Below are positions 11,664-22,435 of a stretch of DNA of 64,000 nt, one piece after another. Each line of letters begins with the position of its first letter. Position 1 is the stretch's first letter. Made by a program: the position numbers and the translations under genes. Source of the stretch: Savitreella phatthalungensis (taxonomy: Eukaryota); the NCBI GenBank assembly GCA_051599415.1, contig AP039696.1, forward strand, positions 124,001 through 188,000, in the 5' to 3' direction. The notes beneath the pieces were generated by a model. That model was not told the origin of the DNA. It made no database searches and was given only the letters and a program-made list of their open reading frames with translations.

Positions 11664-12641
11664 ACGGTCCTACATCCTCCGTTACCTTGTCCTGGCCCAG
11701 CAGATTTCCCCATCCCGCCCCTTTTTGCGTTCTTCAATACTTTGGTGACGACGACAAACAAAGTGAACGACGACACATTTCCCAAACTTTCCCACTCTCA
11801 CACGTATACAAAATGTCGAATCACGGACATCGCAAAGGCACCGATTGAAGATAGAGAACCACTCATGGCGAACACAGCTTTGAGACCTCAATTGTTCCCA
11901 ATTTGTCCTTTCACCGATAACCCGGATACCGACTTGATCTTTCCGCTGCTACTCGTGGGTCTCTAGGCAGCAATTAACAACTCACACACACAATAACATA
12001 TCGCATGCTCGACGGCTTTGCATTTCAACTTCGAAGTGACTTGTTCCTCGATTGATTATTGTCTTTGCTTGCTTGATTGATCCTGAGTATGAATGTCTCC
12101 TGAATGGTCCGTGTATACGTCACGGCTGTGTCAGCTGGGGGAGCATTAGAAGTAGTCTTCGGCGAGATTTCCCTTTGACACCATACTCTATGCGACATCG
12201 TTTGTGTCCGGCCGTGTAAAAGAAGATTCATGCACGTGTACGTGCGGGCAGTCCATCTTTCACGTGAACAATAGCTGTAAGTTGGATGGTGCAGATCTCG
12301 AGTCCTCAGGCTCGATGGGAATTTGTCAAAAATTTGGTGTAAATTTTGTTTGTGCATCTTCTGGTCAATTGCTTGAAGTGATTGCCAAGCATATCTGGAC
12401 TCAATTGGAGATGTGGATGAACGAATTGGATGCACGGATACATTGACCAACAAGATACACACACTATCAGTGACAAACACACTGATCCAACGTCATAGAC
12501 CACCCACCCACACATCATCACCTTATACACTCTCAAGCACAAAGTTACCCACAAGTCAAGGCAATCACCTAGCTGATCATCATCCTACGGTCACGCACAA
12601 GTCATCTGCATTTCTTTAACTTGTATCACGAAGTCGTCCAA

Positions 12642-13248
12642 ATGGCGACTGATGATGGAGCAAGTCCTACACAAGTCGCCTTTGGAGCTACAAGGCAGGA
12701 CAACTTGGCACTCCTAAAGGAAACAATAGAATCCTCACCAGACACTATACTCGCATGTGACGCCCTCGGAAACACCTTGCTGCATCAGGCAGCACGGCAT
12801 GGCTCACTAGAATGTCTTGACTTCCTTCTAGACTCCGACATCGATGCAGATGCAATAAACACACTTGACGGTGACACAGCACTTCACCTGGCGGTAAAGC
12901 ACGCCAGAGAGGACAAAGCACTTGCCAAGGAGATGGGTCAGTCAACCGCTTCCACCGATGGTCCCTCATGATCCCTTGGCTGACACAGAAACCACAGTCG
13001 ACTTTCTCGTCGATGCAGGCGCAGATACAAGTATCCGGAATCGCCACGGTGACACAGCAGCCGACCTCACAGATGACTCGGACATCAAGGACGTCCTAGC
13101 CACCGCAGCAATCAGTAAGACTAGACATACTCTACCCGCGGTCCTCCAAGCGATCCGAGACTGACACATTCCAACAGCAGACCAGATGATCGGCGATGTG
13201 GTCGACGCAGATGACCTCGCAAGTGACGCCGGCGAAGAGTCTGAATAA
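12642..13248 (+). CDS. Small ankyrin-repeat protein (YCR051W-like), 3 exons
   Basis: Ankyrin motifs GNTLLHQAA and GDTALHLAV. Introns 12937-12997 (GTCAGT..GCTGAC..CAG) and 13115-13177 (GTAAGA..ACTGAC..CAG) join to give EMVDFLVDAGADTSIRN and an acidic tail ending TAA at 13246-13248. Confidence 0.8.
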
Positions 13249-13516
13249 CTCGCCGACCGATACACGTACAACCACAGCTTCAGCTTCACGTAATGAACGA
13301 ATGGATGGAATGCATTCCTCAACTTCCCTCTTCTGACGTTCCTCGCTTGCCGCCGCTTGATCGGCATTCCATTTGGCCGAGCTTTGTATCAGACGAACAC
13401 TGCTTGTCTCCGAGCTAAGATTTGACTCCGATCCACTCGACACCGATGCCACTACTACTAAAGAGACAGCCTATCCGCTGACTCAACCTTCCTTGACATA
13501 TTTAAGCCTATCGAAG

Positions 13517-13903
13517 ATGCGTCTGGCTGCACTCCTGCTCCTCTCACCTCTTGCCGTGAACGCGTACATTGTCGCCAACAGCTACGAGATGGCCGTATGT
13601 GGCAGTCTGCAAATCATCCCATCAGCCGTTGGAGCATCCTACAAACCATCCACGCAAGCACCGGCTTCATCTCCAGCTTACCCAGCCAACATCGACTATC
13701 CGACCAACGTTGGCGGGGCCGGACATATTCTCCTTGCAAGCCCGGACGGCCTCACGATCGCTCCGGCCGCATTCACAACACCCGACAAAAAAACCGTGTC
13801 GATCAACTGGCACAGCGTCTACCACCTCACCAACCAAGCATGGGCCAAATGCCAGTACCGCGACGTTGAGTCTACCCAGCAATCTACAACAAACCGTTCG
13901 TAG
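13517..13903 (+). CDS. Small secreted 2-Cys protein, array member 1
   Basis: Signal peptide MRLAALLLLSPLAVNA; YIVAN..VCG; AYPA; SINWHSVY; WAKC. Confidence 0.8.
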   Translation: MRLAALLLLSPLAVNAYIVANSYEMAVCGSLQIIPSAVGASYKPSTQAPASSPAYPANIDYPTNVGGAGHILLASPDGLTIAPAAFTTPDKKTVSINWHSVYHLTNQAWAKCQYRDVESTQQSTTNRS

Positions 13904-14497
13904 GCCAAACCATTATGCTTCCACTGCGATGCAAGTTGATTTTGAGCCTTCGTCGTGATTTCTTGACAATCTGACAACAACAGCCAAGGTGGTTGTCTGT
14001 TCGAGAGCGACAGCTACGTCATTTTGAATAGTGGTAGTGCCGGCCGGCATCACCGCTTTTCAACAAGGAACCTGTCAGTAGCTGACATAGCGTGCATAAC
14101 GCGGCCCTCAACGTCCTTACTCCACTCGGTATCCAGGTCTCAACCGTCCAAACATCCACCAACGCCACCGTCCGATAGGCTTACACCCACGTGCTTGACG
14201 GCGAGAGAATTTGAATCGTCTGTATGAAGCAGTAGTTTTAACCACATGAGCTCACAATCGACGTCAATCTCTGGAATGCTACTGAATGAGCTACTCTCCT
14301 TTTCTCACGTCTGACCATCGAAGTTTTGATACCGCCGCATGCGGAGAACGATTTCATCTCGATCCGGTCAAAACAACATTCCAAAATGCCCTCAGGTGCT
14401 CGATTGTTTACCGAAGCTGCGCACGTGAGTACACGCGGCGATCGAGACAACGAGGCTATATAGACCTCTTGACATTCACCTGGCTTTGTCAGCGTAA

Positions 14498-14869
14498 ATG
14501 ATTTCGTCAGCAAGCGGTATCGTGGCCGTAGTGCTCGCACTCTCACCTTTCGTGGCGTCGTACGAGATTGTCAACCGAGGCCAGGCGCTCTGTGCCAAAG
14601 TACCGATTACGGAGGAACAAGTGGCGAACTACGTCCTCGGTGGCAAATTCGCTAGCACGCAATCCCCATCACAACCAGACTACCCAAAAATGCGATACCC
14701 TTACACCGACGGCACAAAAGGCTGGTCGATCGCCGTCCTTACCAGCCAGGATCACAGCATCATTTGCCCAGCCATCGTCAGGACAATGCCAGAAGCAACG
14801 CAGGCCATCATCAATTGGGACGGCTTCTACGCGCTCAAGTCAGCAGGCGGCAATTGGACGCGTTGTTAG
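14498..14869 (+). CDS. Small secreted protein, array member 2
   Basis: Signal peptide; YEIVNRGQALC; DYPK; IINWDGFY; GGNWTRC-stop; TATATA at 14457. Confidence 0.85.
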   Translation: MISSASGIVAVVLALSPFVASYEIVNRGQALCAKVPITEEQVANYVLGGKFASTQSPSQPDYPKMRYPYTDGTKGWSIAVLTSQDHSIICPAIVRTMPEATQAIINWDGFYALKSAGGNWTRC

Positions 14870-15075
14870 GCCTTATTGAGCTAGCTTGATCAGCTGACAG
14901 CAACAATTCTCCTAAACATGGTCTAGACGTCGTTTCAACTATGTGGGATGTGCTTGATAATTCTGAGATGTGTTTGACGCGCGCGTGTCCAACCCTTGTT
15001 CATCCATATAAAGAAAAGCTACGGTACGTCCACTGTCAGACCTGACTCAACCTCATCTCTCCACTTACTCCAGAC

Positions 15076-15405
15076 ATGCTCGCCTTCTTCTTTCTCGGGA
15101 CCGCCCTAGCTGCCGGCTTCACGATCGACAACATCTCGGTCACAGGACTATTCTGCGGAACCGAGGTGTACTCGACCGCTGACATCCAGGGTTGGGCTAT
15201 CCTCGAATCCCCGCCCCCACTCACATACGCGTACCCTGCAGCATACCCCCGCGAAGCCACCAACATCGTCCTCATCAGCCCGCGCGCAGACACCATCATC
15301 CCGGCAACACAGCGTGGCAAGACTTCCTCAATCACAGTCAACTGGGCAGGAGGATTCAGGAGAACCGATCAGAGTCAAGCTAGTGGCGCTTGGGTCCACT
15401 GTTAG
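15076..15405 (+). CDS. Small secreted 2-Cys protein, array member 3
   Basis: Signal peptide; FTIDN..LFCGTEVYSTADI; AYPAAYP; TVNWAGGF; SGAWVHC-stop; TATAAA at 15007. Confidence 0.85.
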   Translation: MLAFFFLGTALAAGFTIDNISVTGLFCGTEVYSTADIQGWAILESPPPLTYAYPAAYPREATNIVLISPRADTIIPATQRGKTSSITVNWAGGFRRTDQSQASGAWVHC

Positions 15406-15768
15406 CTAATTAGCTTTCCCACACCTGATACATGATTAAAAGGTGCACACCGATAACGTAGTTGGTGAAGCAGAGTCTCATTCAATGTGCTTTGGCATGC
15501 CAGTCCTGCTCATGTTCGACTCGTGCATGAGTCATGCGCCTCAAATCGATGCGTGCGGTAATGGACTCATTTAGCCCAGTCAGAAGGCGTCCGCAGCATG
15601 CTCTGAATGACTGTATGCGTCCAGAGATGCAACATCCGGCGACCATGTCTGCAGGCTGTGTCACATCATGTGCCCCATTGGCTATAGCGGTCGTATCGTC
15701 ATGCACGTCCTATAAATCCTTGTGCTGTCCCGGCGCAGAAACGACAAGAATCTCTCGAGCTCGCCAGA

Positions 15769-16122
15769 ATGCTTATCTGTCTATTCGCGCTCATCCTTAT
15801 GCTTCGAGTGGTCACAGCAGTCTGGACGATCGACAACCCGAACGCAGCAGCTCTCTCGTGTGCGAACCAGACGATAGATGCCTCGAGCGTCGCCTCATGG
15901 ACGGATACAGCGTCCCCGGCCGACTACATCCAGTGGGCTTACCCGGACGCCTCGTCCACGTACGGCTCCCAATCATCCAATCTCCTCCTCATCAACGATG
16001 AAGGCAATCTCATCGTCCCATGTGCACGTCGCGGCACGTCCAAACACATTACAACCAATTTCGACGGCACGTGGGCGAAAGTGCCAGCTGACGACGAAGG
16101 TCAAGCATGGTTGCACTGCTGA
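15769..16122 (+). CDS. Small secreted protein, array member 4
   Basis: Signal peptide; WTIDNP..LSC; AYPD; TNFDGTW; AWLHC-stop; TATAAA at 15711. Confidence 0.85.
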   Translation: MLICLFALILMLRVVTAVWTIDNPNAAALSCANQTIDASSVASWTDTASPADYIQWAYPDASSTYGSQSSNLLLINDEGNLIVPCARRGTSKHITTNFDGTWAKVPADDEGQAWLHC

Positions 16123-16774
16123 GCTAAGCGCGTAGACCTGCTTGATTGTCATTGTTCGTTAGATCCTGCGCCATACATGTCCATGTCATAAGCTTCATGT
16201 GCTCCCCTTTTACGTGCGTGATTGCACACATGGTTAGCCTTGGTCTCCTTGTTACAGCCGCCACCGCATTTGTGATGCGCAACACCAGCTAGGCCTACAG
16301 GTCAGCTTTATAGATGACGAAGCTGTCTGGGAACAGTGCACTAGACCGGGAGTGATTCATGCATTCAACCACGAGACCACACAGATGGTGAGCGTCAACC
16401 TGGTAGATCAGATAGACGGGTTAGGTCAGGGAGCTGTCGTACATTAATTGATCAGTGCGTCACCACCAGTATATTACCTTCTCAAGGCCAGTGCACTCGC
16501 CCCTTAGCCGCTCAGACCGCTGTCGATACAGATCGCTGTTAGTGGCACGAGAACAGCTGGATGCCGTAAGCTGAAGCAGTAGCACATAGATCAGCTGGTA
16601 GAGAACGTTAGACTTCCAGTCCCGCAGTACTGTCCGGACAGCTTCGTCGTGGTCAAACATCGGCCTAAGTCGGCATCGATCACTCCTGGTCATGCGAGGC
16701 CAGGACTCGTACCGATATAAATGTCATGCTAAGCATCCTCGCACAGATGTGGCCCAGCGGTCTTATGAGCAGCC

Positions 16775-17095
16775 ATGTGGATCACAGCCTATCTGCTTTG
16801 CGCGGCGAGTGCACATGCCTGGACGATCGTCAACGCAGTCGGCCATATCTACTGCAACGGCAGGATGATCTACGCAGAGGACGTGCGGACTTGGACGCCG
16901 ACAGCGTCGCTGTCATTCCTGAGCGATCATCCGATACCCGATCAGGCTGACACTCACCGGATCGGCCTGCAAGATCCACAGCACGAGTATGCCGTTGCTG
17001 TGAGACAGCGAGACAGGGCAGGTCACGTCGTAGTCACGTGGTCGAGCATGAGGCATAAAGTCGGTCGGGAATGGAAGATCTGTGGGCCTATCTAA
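16775..17095 (+). CDS. Small secreted 2-Cys protein, array member 5
   Basis: Signal peptide; WTIVN..IYCNGRMIYAEDV; HVVVTW; EWKIC; TATAAA at 16716. Confidence 0.8.
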   Translation: MWITAYLLCAASAHAWTIVNAVGHIYCNGRMIYAEDVRTWTPTASLSFLSDHPIPDQADTHRIGLQDPQHEYAVAVRQRDRAGHVVVTWSSMRHKVGREWKICGPI

Positions 17096-17555
17096 TTGCG
17101 AGCCCAGGACCGCCTGCCCAATTTGATCGTCCCAACAGGGTAGCCGTAGTGATCTCGAACGCTTGTGATGAGGCCTCGAATGATCAGCCTGACGGGCGTT
17201 ACGCCCGTCAATTCTATTGTCATACTCTTAGCTCGACAACAACGACGATTTCAGCACAAATGCTCAATTGAATGACTTTGCGACAAGTATAATCCGTACT
17301 CAATTTCATACGTTCCTTGAGCTGATCTAAGAGGTGTCCTTGACGCTCTGGAGCTCTCGCGCTTTAGGGGGAAATGCTGATTGAGGCCTGGAGACATGAC
17401 ACGTAACTGTGTCAGGATCATGTGAGGATTCCCATAGGTGTCCAAAAGCGCTAAGCCCCCTTCGACCTGCTTTGCACGGCATGAATAAATGTGCTAGACA
17501 TGAAGGGTATAAGACCTTCGTGTCCGCTGCTACGAAACCCATCCGACAATCCACG

Positions 17556-17948
17556 ATGCACGGGCTGACATTTCTTCTCTCGCTCATCGCAAGTCTGCTC
17601 GCTGGGCACGCATTCGCGTGGGTGGTTGACAATCCAGGCAACGGTACAGGTATCTTCTGCCTCGGCGGTGTGTGGAGTCCATCGAACGTCTCGTCAGAAG
17701 ATTGGCAACCAAAGGCCGACCTCAGCAAATTGCCCTTCCCTTTCCCGAGCAACACAAATCTCGAAATTCCAACAGATGTCCCGTACGGGCAGAACGGCAG
17801 AGAAGCTGCTTTCGTCTATCGCGACCGGAATATCGTCCTCCCTGTCGTTCAGCAAGTCAACACAAACCACATCTGGGTGAATTGGAATGACGCCTGGGGG
17901 ATCAGTTATCAAGGAGGCACTCGCCACTGGCAACGATGTCCGTTCTGA
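17556..17948 (+). CDS. Small secreted 2-Cys protein, array member 6
   Basis: ATG at 17556 with signal peptide MHGLTFLLSLIASLLAGHAFA; WVVDNP..IFC; IWVNWNDAW; HWQRC; TATAAG at 17508. Confidence 0.85.
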   Translation: MHGLTFLLSLIASLLAGHAFAWVVDNPGNGTGIFCLGGVWSPSNVSSEDWQPKADLSKLPFPFPSNTNLEIPTDVPYGQNGREAAFVYRDRNIVLPVVQQVNTNHIWVNWNDAWGISYQGGTRHWQRCPF

Positions 17949-18296
17949 GTGATTCTCCCGAGGTGGACTGCGTCCGATCGGATAGCACACTTCCGCGCGC
18001 ACGCCGGCAGCTCTGGTCAATCTGTTGCGACGTCCGAGCCGGGCACTTCCACGATGGTCTGAAATCGATACGACTGCATGCCAATCTCGATGCGGCGGGA
18101 TAACTCGTAGCCGCCAGACTCAATTTTTGACTTCATGTCTCACACGTCCGATCCGTATCATGAAGGTGTATGACAGCACGTTCCCGGCTCGGAACGCGCA
18201 CAGCCAACAGGTCATATGACGCTCCATTCTCGGCATATTTGCGTTCTTTCTATAAGAACTCATTGACCAGCTGACGACGACAACAGAAACGGGGCC

Positions 18297-18674
18297 ATGC
18301 GAACGGCACTCTCTATCCTGATTGCTCTCGGTCCATGCTTGTGATTCGCCACAGCAGCCTGGACGATTCAGAATCCGAATTCTGCTGGGCTCACTTGCGC
18401 AGGCAACCTGTATTCGACCGGTGTTATCGAAAACTCGTGGTCGCGCGTCTCCGATCTGAAGAGACTCCCACTACCATTCCCCGATGGGATCTCGTTGGTC
18501 TATCCAGCTGGTTCAGTCCGGACCAGCACTCAAATCGTTCTCCAGAACGCCGGCCAAACGACAATTGTTCCAGCAGTCGACGAGGGAGCATCACGGATCA
18601 TCATCAATTGGGCAGGTGGATATGGGCTTGCGTATGCGCAACTCAACGGAACAGTCATCTGGAGTCACTGCTAA
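18297..18674 (+). pseudogene. Array member 7, full-length but with in-frame TGA (18342-18344) in the signal peptide; absent from ORF track
   Basis: Manual translation MRTALSILIALGPCL*FATAAWTIQNPNSAGLTCAGNLYSTGVI...ASRIIINWAGGYG...IWSHC*; TATAAG at 18251. Confidence 0.85.
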
Positions 18675-18933
18675 ACCATAAAAGAGAATTCTAGCCATAT
18701 CCTGAGACCCGAAGTGCTTCATCGCTGATTATGATGCTTGACTTTCGACTTGCCATTTGAAAGCTGGCCCCCCAGAGTACGTGATACTTTCCCGAGGTCG
18801 CTTACTGCACATGCTAGCAATCAAGATGAATCATGCGTTGGCATTCAGCCACTTCGGCAAAGTATTACGTACTCAGAAGTGTCAATCCTCGTATTTGCTC
18901 ATAAGGCGTCCTCCTGCCTCGTGAATCTGTTCA

Positions 18934-19281
18934 ATGTTTCTGCTACAACTCCTTTTCATCACACTCTGTAGTGGTCTTCGCGTTGTCAATCCTGAAGGCG
19001 TTGCCAGCGTCTGCGGGATTTCCGTCAATTCAATCGTCGACGATCTTCGCGTGGCAAGTCGGCGTGATCTAAGTAAACCAGCAAGACCAGCAACACCTTC
19101 GTTCCCACGCACTACACCAAACAGTTGGCCAAGAGAAACAACCTTTAGGCGAGTGCTCCTTACAAATGGGGCTAATTCAATTGCTATACCAGCACTCCAA
19201 CGAACCAGCTCACAGGAAGTCTTCCTGAACTGGGGAGGCGCCCAAAGATTCGCTCGAAACACGTGGCGATCATGTGGATGA
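18934..19281 (+). CDS. Small secreted 2-Cys protein, array member 8 (Arg-rich)
   Basis: Signal peptide; LRVVNP..SVCG; TFRRVLL; IAIPAL; VFLNWGG; TWRSC. Confidence 0.8.
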   Translation: MFLLQLLFITLCSGLRVVNPEGVASVCGISVNSIVDDLRVASRRDLSKPARPATPSFPRTTPNSWPRETTFRRVLLTNGANSIAIPALQRTSSQEVFLNWGGAQRFARNTWRSCG

Positions 19282-19585
19282 GAACACAAGACTTATCCCC
19301 AATCAATGTCATCTGTCAGCAATCTACTCCCATCCGTACTGTCTCGATCCGGCCGATCTTGCTTCCGACTGACTGCAATGGGTAGACGATATGTACAGGT
19401 GACAATGCAATGTAAGGCACAAAGTGTCTGTCCAAGATCGTTTCAGCCCATAGGTCATGTGTAAGCAATCATCCCATTCATTCACCCCTCGACTTTAGTC
19501 TATAGATAGACCGTCGATGCTCTCCGGTATGATCAAGCCGAAAGAGACCAGTGTATCCAGCGTATCCATCGATCGAACCGTCAAG

Positions 19586-19933
19586 ATGTTTTTCATCCGG
19601 CTTGCTACTATCTTCGCGTCGTCCTTTGCCGCTGCCTATAAGGTGCACAACTCTGGCCAGGCCAACTGTGACGGCACTCCGGTCACTGCGGGATCCATTG
19701 GTGGCTTTAGTCGATTCAGTGGATCTTCGCCGGTGGACTTCAACTTCCCGGACGTCCCATCTGATCTGTCAGGCAAGTCTTTCACTCGTGCAATCCTCTC
19801 GGGATCTGGAGGCAACATACTCGCTCCAGTCCTGATCTTCTCGGCCACAAATGAGATCGAAGTTAACTGGGCTGGAATCTTTGTTCATCCGTCCGGCGAC
19901 GACAACAACCTTTGGCTCACCTGCAGCACTTAG
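19586..19933 (+). CDS. Small secreted 2-Cys protein, array member 9
   Basis: ATG at 19586; YKVHNSGQANC; GKSFTRAIL; ILAPVL; EVNWAGIFVH; NNLWLTC. Confidence 0.85.
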   Translation: MFFIRLATIFASSFAAAYKVHNSGQANCDGTPVTAGSIGGFSRFSGSSPVDFNFPDVPSDLSGKSFTRAILSGSGGNILAPVLIFSATNEIEVNWAGIFVHPSGDDNNLWLTCST

Positions 19934-20449
19934 TCTGCGGGTAGTCCCATAGGCATGCATGAATATTCCAGTCGGTAGCTAGTCAGCTTTGATTCTCGAG
20001 ACCATGACCCTTGGTATATGTGTCACGAGTGATATTTGATTGTCATGCAGTAAGCACACGTGCGCTATCTCCTCATCCAACGCATAGGTCAATGTATGTT
20101 TCGAGATATCTCGTGACGATGTTGAAGGTAGAAGTTCTGTGTCGAGCTTCTATTGTGATAGACCAGCTCTCGAATGCATATTGTTACTTGATGGCTTACA
20201 AATTGCACACGCGGAGCTGAGTGACTTTCTTCTTTCACTTCGATCCAGACAGACCGGAGCTCATAGGGTGCTGGACCAGGCATTACATTGAGCACACGTA
20301 CTAAACATGATTACACCACGCGGATCGGCGAGTCTGGAGAATCCACTTGTCACATAGATGATGTGATTGTGTCTCAATCCAGGGAACGCCGTATAAGAAC
20401 GTCTTCCTCGAATCATTTGACGTCTTCAGCTGTAGTAAACGCTAGAGCC

Positions 20450-20797
20450 ATGCTGTCTTTCCTCGCAATTCTCGCATCACCCGCCTATGCATACACCGTC
20501 ATCAACCTTTCTCACGGCTCCTGCGGGCTCACAAGCTTCAGTGACGCCGACATCGCTCACTGGCACCCGCTCAGCAAGGCGACTTCGATCTATCCAGCCC
20601 TGCCGTCGTTCTCGTTCCCGGCCTTGCCTACAGACTGGCAAGGCAAATCATTCACAAGAGCTGTCCTCGCAGACGATCTTCAGCAAGTCCTCGCACCTGT
20701 TCTCATCCAGACAGGTACCGACCAGGTCGTCGTCAACTGGCAAGGTATCTGGGGACTCTTCGCTCCGGACAACAATCTGAAATGGTCTCTCTGCTAG
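20450..20797 (+). CDS. Small secreted 2-Cys protein, array member 10
   Basis: ATG at 20450; YTVIN..SCGLTSFSDADI; WQGKSFTRAVL; VLAPVL; VVVNWQGIW; KWSLC-stop; TATAAG at 20392. Confidence 0.87.
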   Translation: MLSFLAILASPAYAYTVINLSHGSCGLTSFSDADIAHWHPLSKATSIYPALPSFSFPALPTDWQGKSFTRAVLADDLQQVLAPVLIQTGTDQVVVNWQGIWGLFAPDNNLKWSLC

Positions 20798-21339
20798 ATA
20801 CCCTCGACCCCAGTATCGGATAGTACCATGACCTGCCTAGTCAAGCCGAAAACCAATGTGACCACTTCAGCGACGTGGCTCGTCGCAATGACCCATACGT
20901 ACTGTGCTGCACGCTGTCAGACACCGTAGGCGCAGTGAATGTAGAGTTCGTAGTTAAGCCCCAGAAATATCGTGAGCTCAATTGCGTGCACGCATTGCGC
21001 GTACGGCGTGCAAGACAATCTACGGTCCGGATCGAGTGATGTAGAGCATTCATAGTCAATCAGCTGTCAATAGAAACATCCTTACTCTCCCCTGGGTAGA
21101 ATGTCGAAGCATTCTCAAAGATAGTGTTTCGCCGCAATGACATATGATTCGGCGACGCGGTTGTACGGGACATACCTCTGCTTCACCGACCTCAATCCGG
21201 CCCATATTGTGGTTGCGACACGCTTCCAGATTGCTCGCTTGTGTTGGGATTACCTTTCAGCGTCCGAGCCTATACAATTCCGCTTTGCCGCCGCTCACAC
21301 AGCCAGTCATTCGAACAAACCTTCTAATTGTCACTCAGT

Positions 21340-21684
21340 ATGATTTTCAACTTGGTTCTCCTCGCTGCCGCTGTCCAAGCGACTTATACCGCCGTCAACT
21401 CTGGCCGGGGCAACTGTGGATATACTAGCGTTGACGCAGATGCCATCGCTGACTGGCACGTGCTCGACAAAGCCGCTGCACACTCTCCCTCCTTGCCACA
21501 GGTCACATATCCGAACGTGCCAGTGGAATGGAAGGGCAAACGATTTACGCGCTCGATCCTTGCAGATTACGCTGAGCAAGTTCTTGCGCCCGTCCTCCTG
21601 CAGACAAGCACCAACAAAGTCGTTGTCAACTGGGAAGGTGTCTGGGAGAAGTACAACGACGGTTGGCTGCAGTGCAAAGAATAA
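21340..21684 (+). CDS. Small secreted 2-Cys protein, array member 11
   Basis: ATG at 21340; YTAVNSGRGNCG; WKGKRFTRSIL; VLAPVL; VVVNWEGVW; GWLQC. Confidence 0.87.
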   Translation: MIFNLVLLAAAVQATYTAVNSGRGNCGYTSVDADAIADWHVLDKAAAHSPSLPQVTYPNVPVEWKGKRFTRSILADYAEQVLAPVLLQTSTNKVVVNWEGVWEKYNDGWLQCKE

Positions 21685-21898
21685 AAGTATCGAACCTTCC
21701 ACATAGACAAGTTTCAATATGATTCAGTCGCACTGCTCTAGACAGAAAAGCTTTGTCACATCAGCCATGATCCAGCACATGATGTTAAGGTCGACGTCCT
21801 ATAAGGTAAGCGGTTTTGTCGGTGTCTCGCGTGTTTCATCTTGTCAATCAAGATCAGAGTCGTCATCCTTACTGCCGCTATAAACTGCACTCACCATA

Positions 21899-22234
21899 AT
21901 GTTCCTCCGTGCAAGCTATATTTCTGCGGCTCACGCGACCTAGACTGTCGAGAACTCCGGCAACGGCGACTGCGAACACATCATTGTCGATCCAGAAAGT
22001 GTCGCTGGCTGGCACGTGCTTAGAGGCGGACCATCGGCCTCTTCGATCCTGCCGCAAGTCACGTTCCCGGAGCTGCCAGCGATTTGCGAGAGCAAGTCGT
22101 GTACACGCTCTATTCTAACAGATCCCGGTTCACAGATCGTGGTGCTCGTCCTGATACAGACAAACACCGACACGATTTTGGTCAACTGGCAAGGGGTATG
22201 GGAAATCTACAACGACGCTCGGATGCGCTGCTGA
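21899..22234 (+). pseudogene. Array member 12, in-frame TAG (21941-21943) at the first mature residue; weak signal peptide
   Basis: MFLRASYISAAHAT*TVENSGNGDCEHIIVDPESVAGWHVL...TRSIL...ILVNWQGVWEIYNDARMRC*; closely parallels member 11. Confidence 0.85.
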
Positions 22235-22435
22235 CACATCCGGACTCCATATTTACGAATCCGTGGGCTGTTGCGCAAGGAATGTGCTATGACCATGATC
22301 ATCGTCCCTCAGCGAAGCATTCTTTCAGATGACCACTGTGTGACCTTCTAGAGAGCCAGCGTATAAGTTAGCGCTCGCATGTCAAGGCAAGCTGTTCAAG
22401 AGCTTCGAACGTAGGTAGAACAGGCGATCAAGGTA

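Noticed and set aside
12025..12480. 151-aa minus-strand ORF between RPL16 and the ankyrin gene
   Set aside because: Non-ATG start, no motifs, and no convincing exon structure could be assembled
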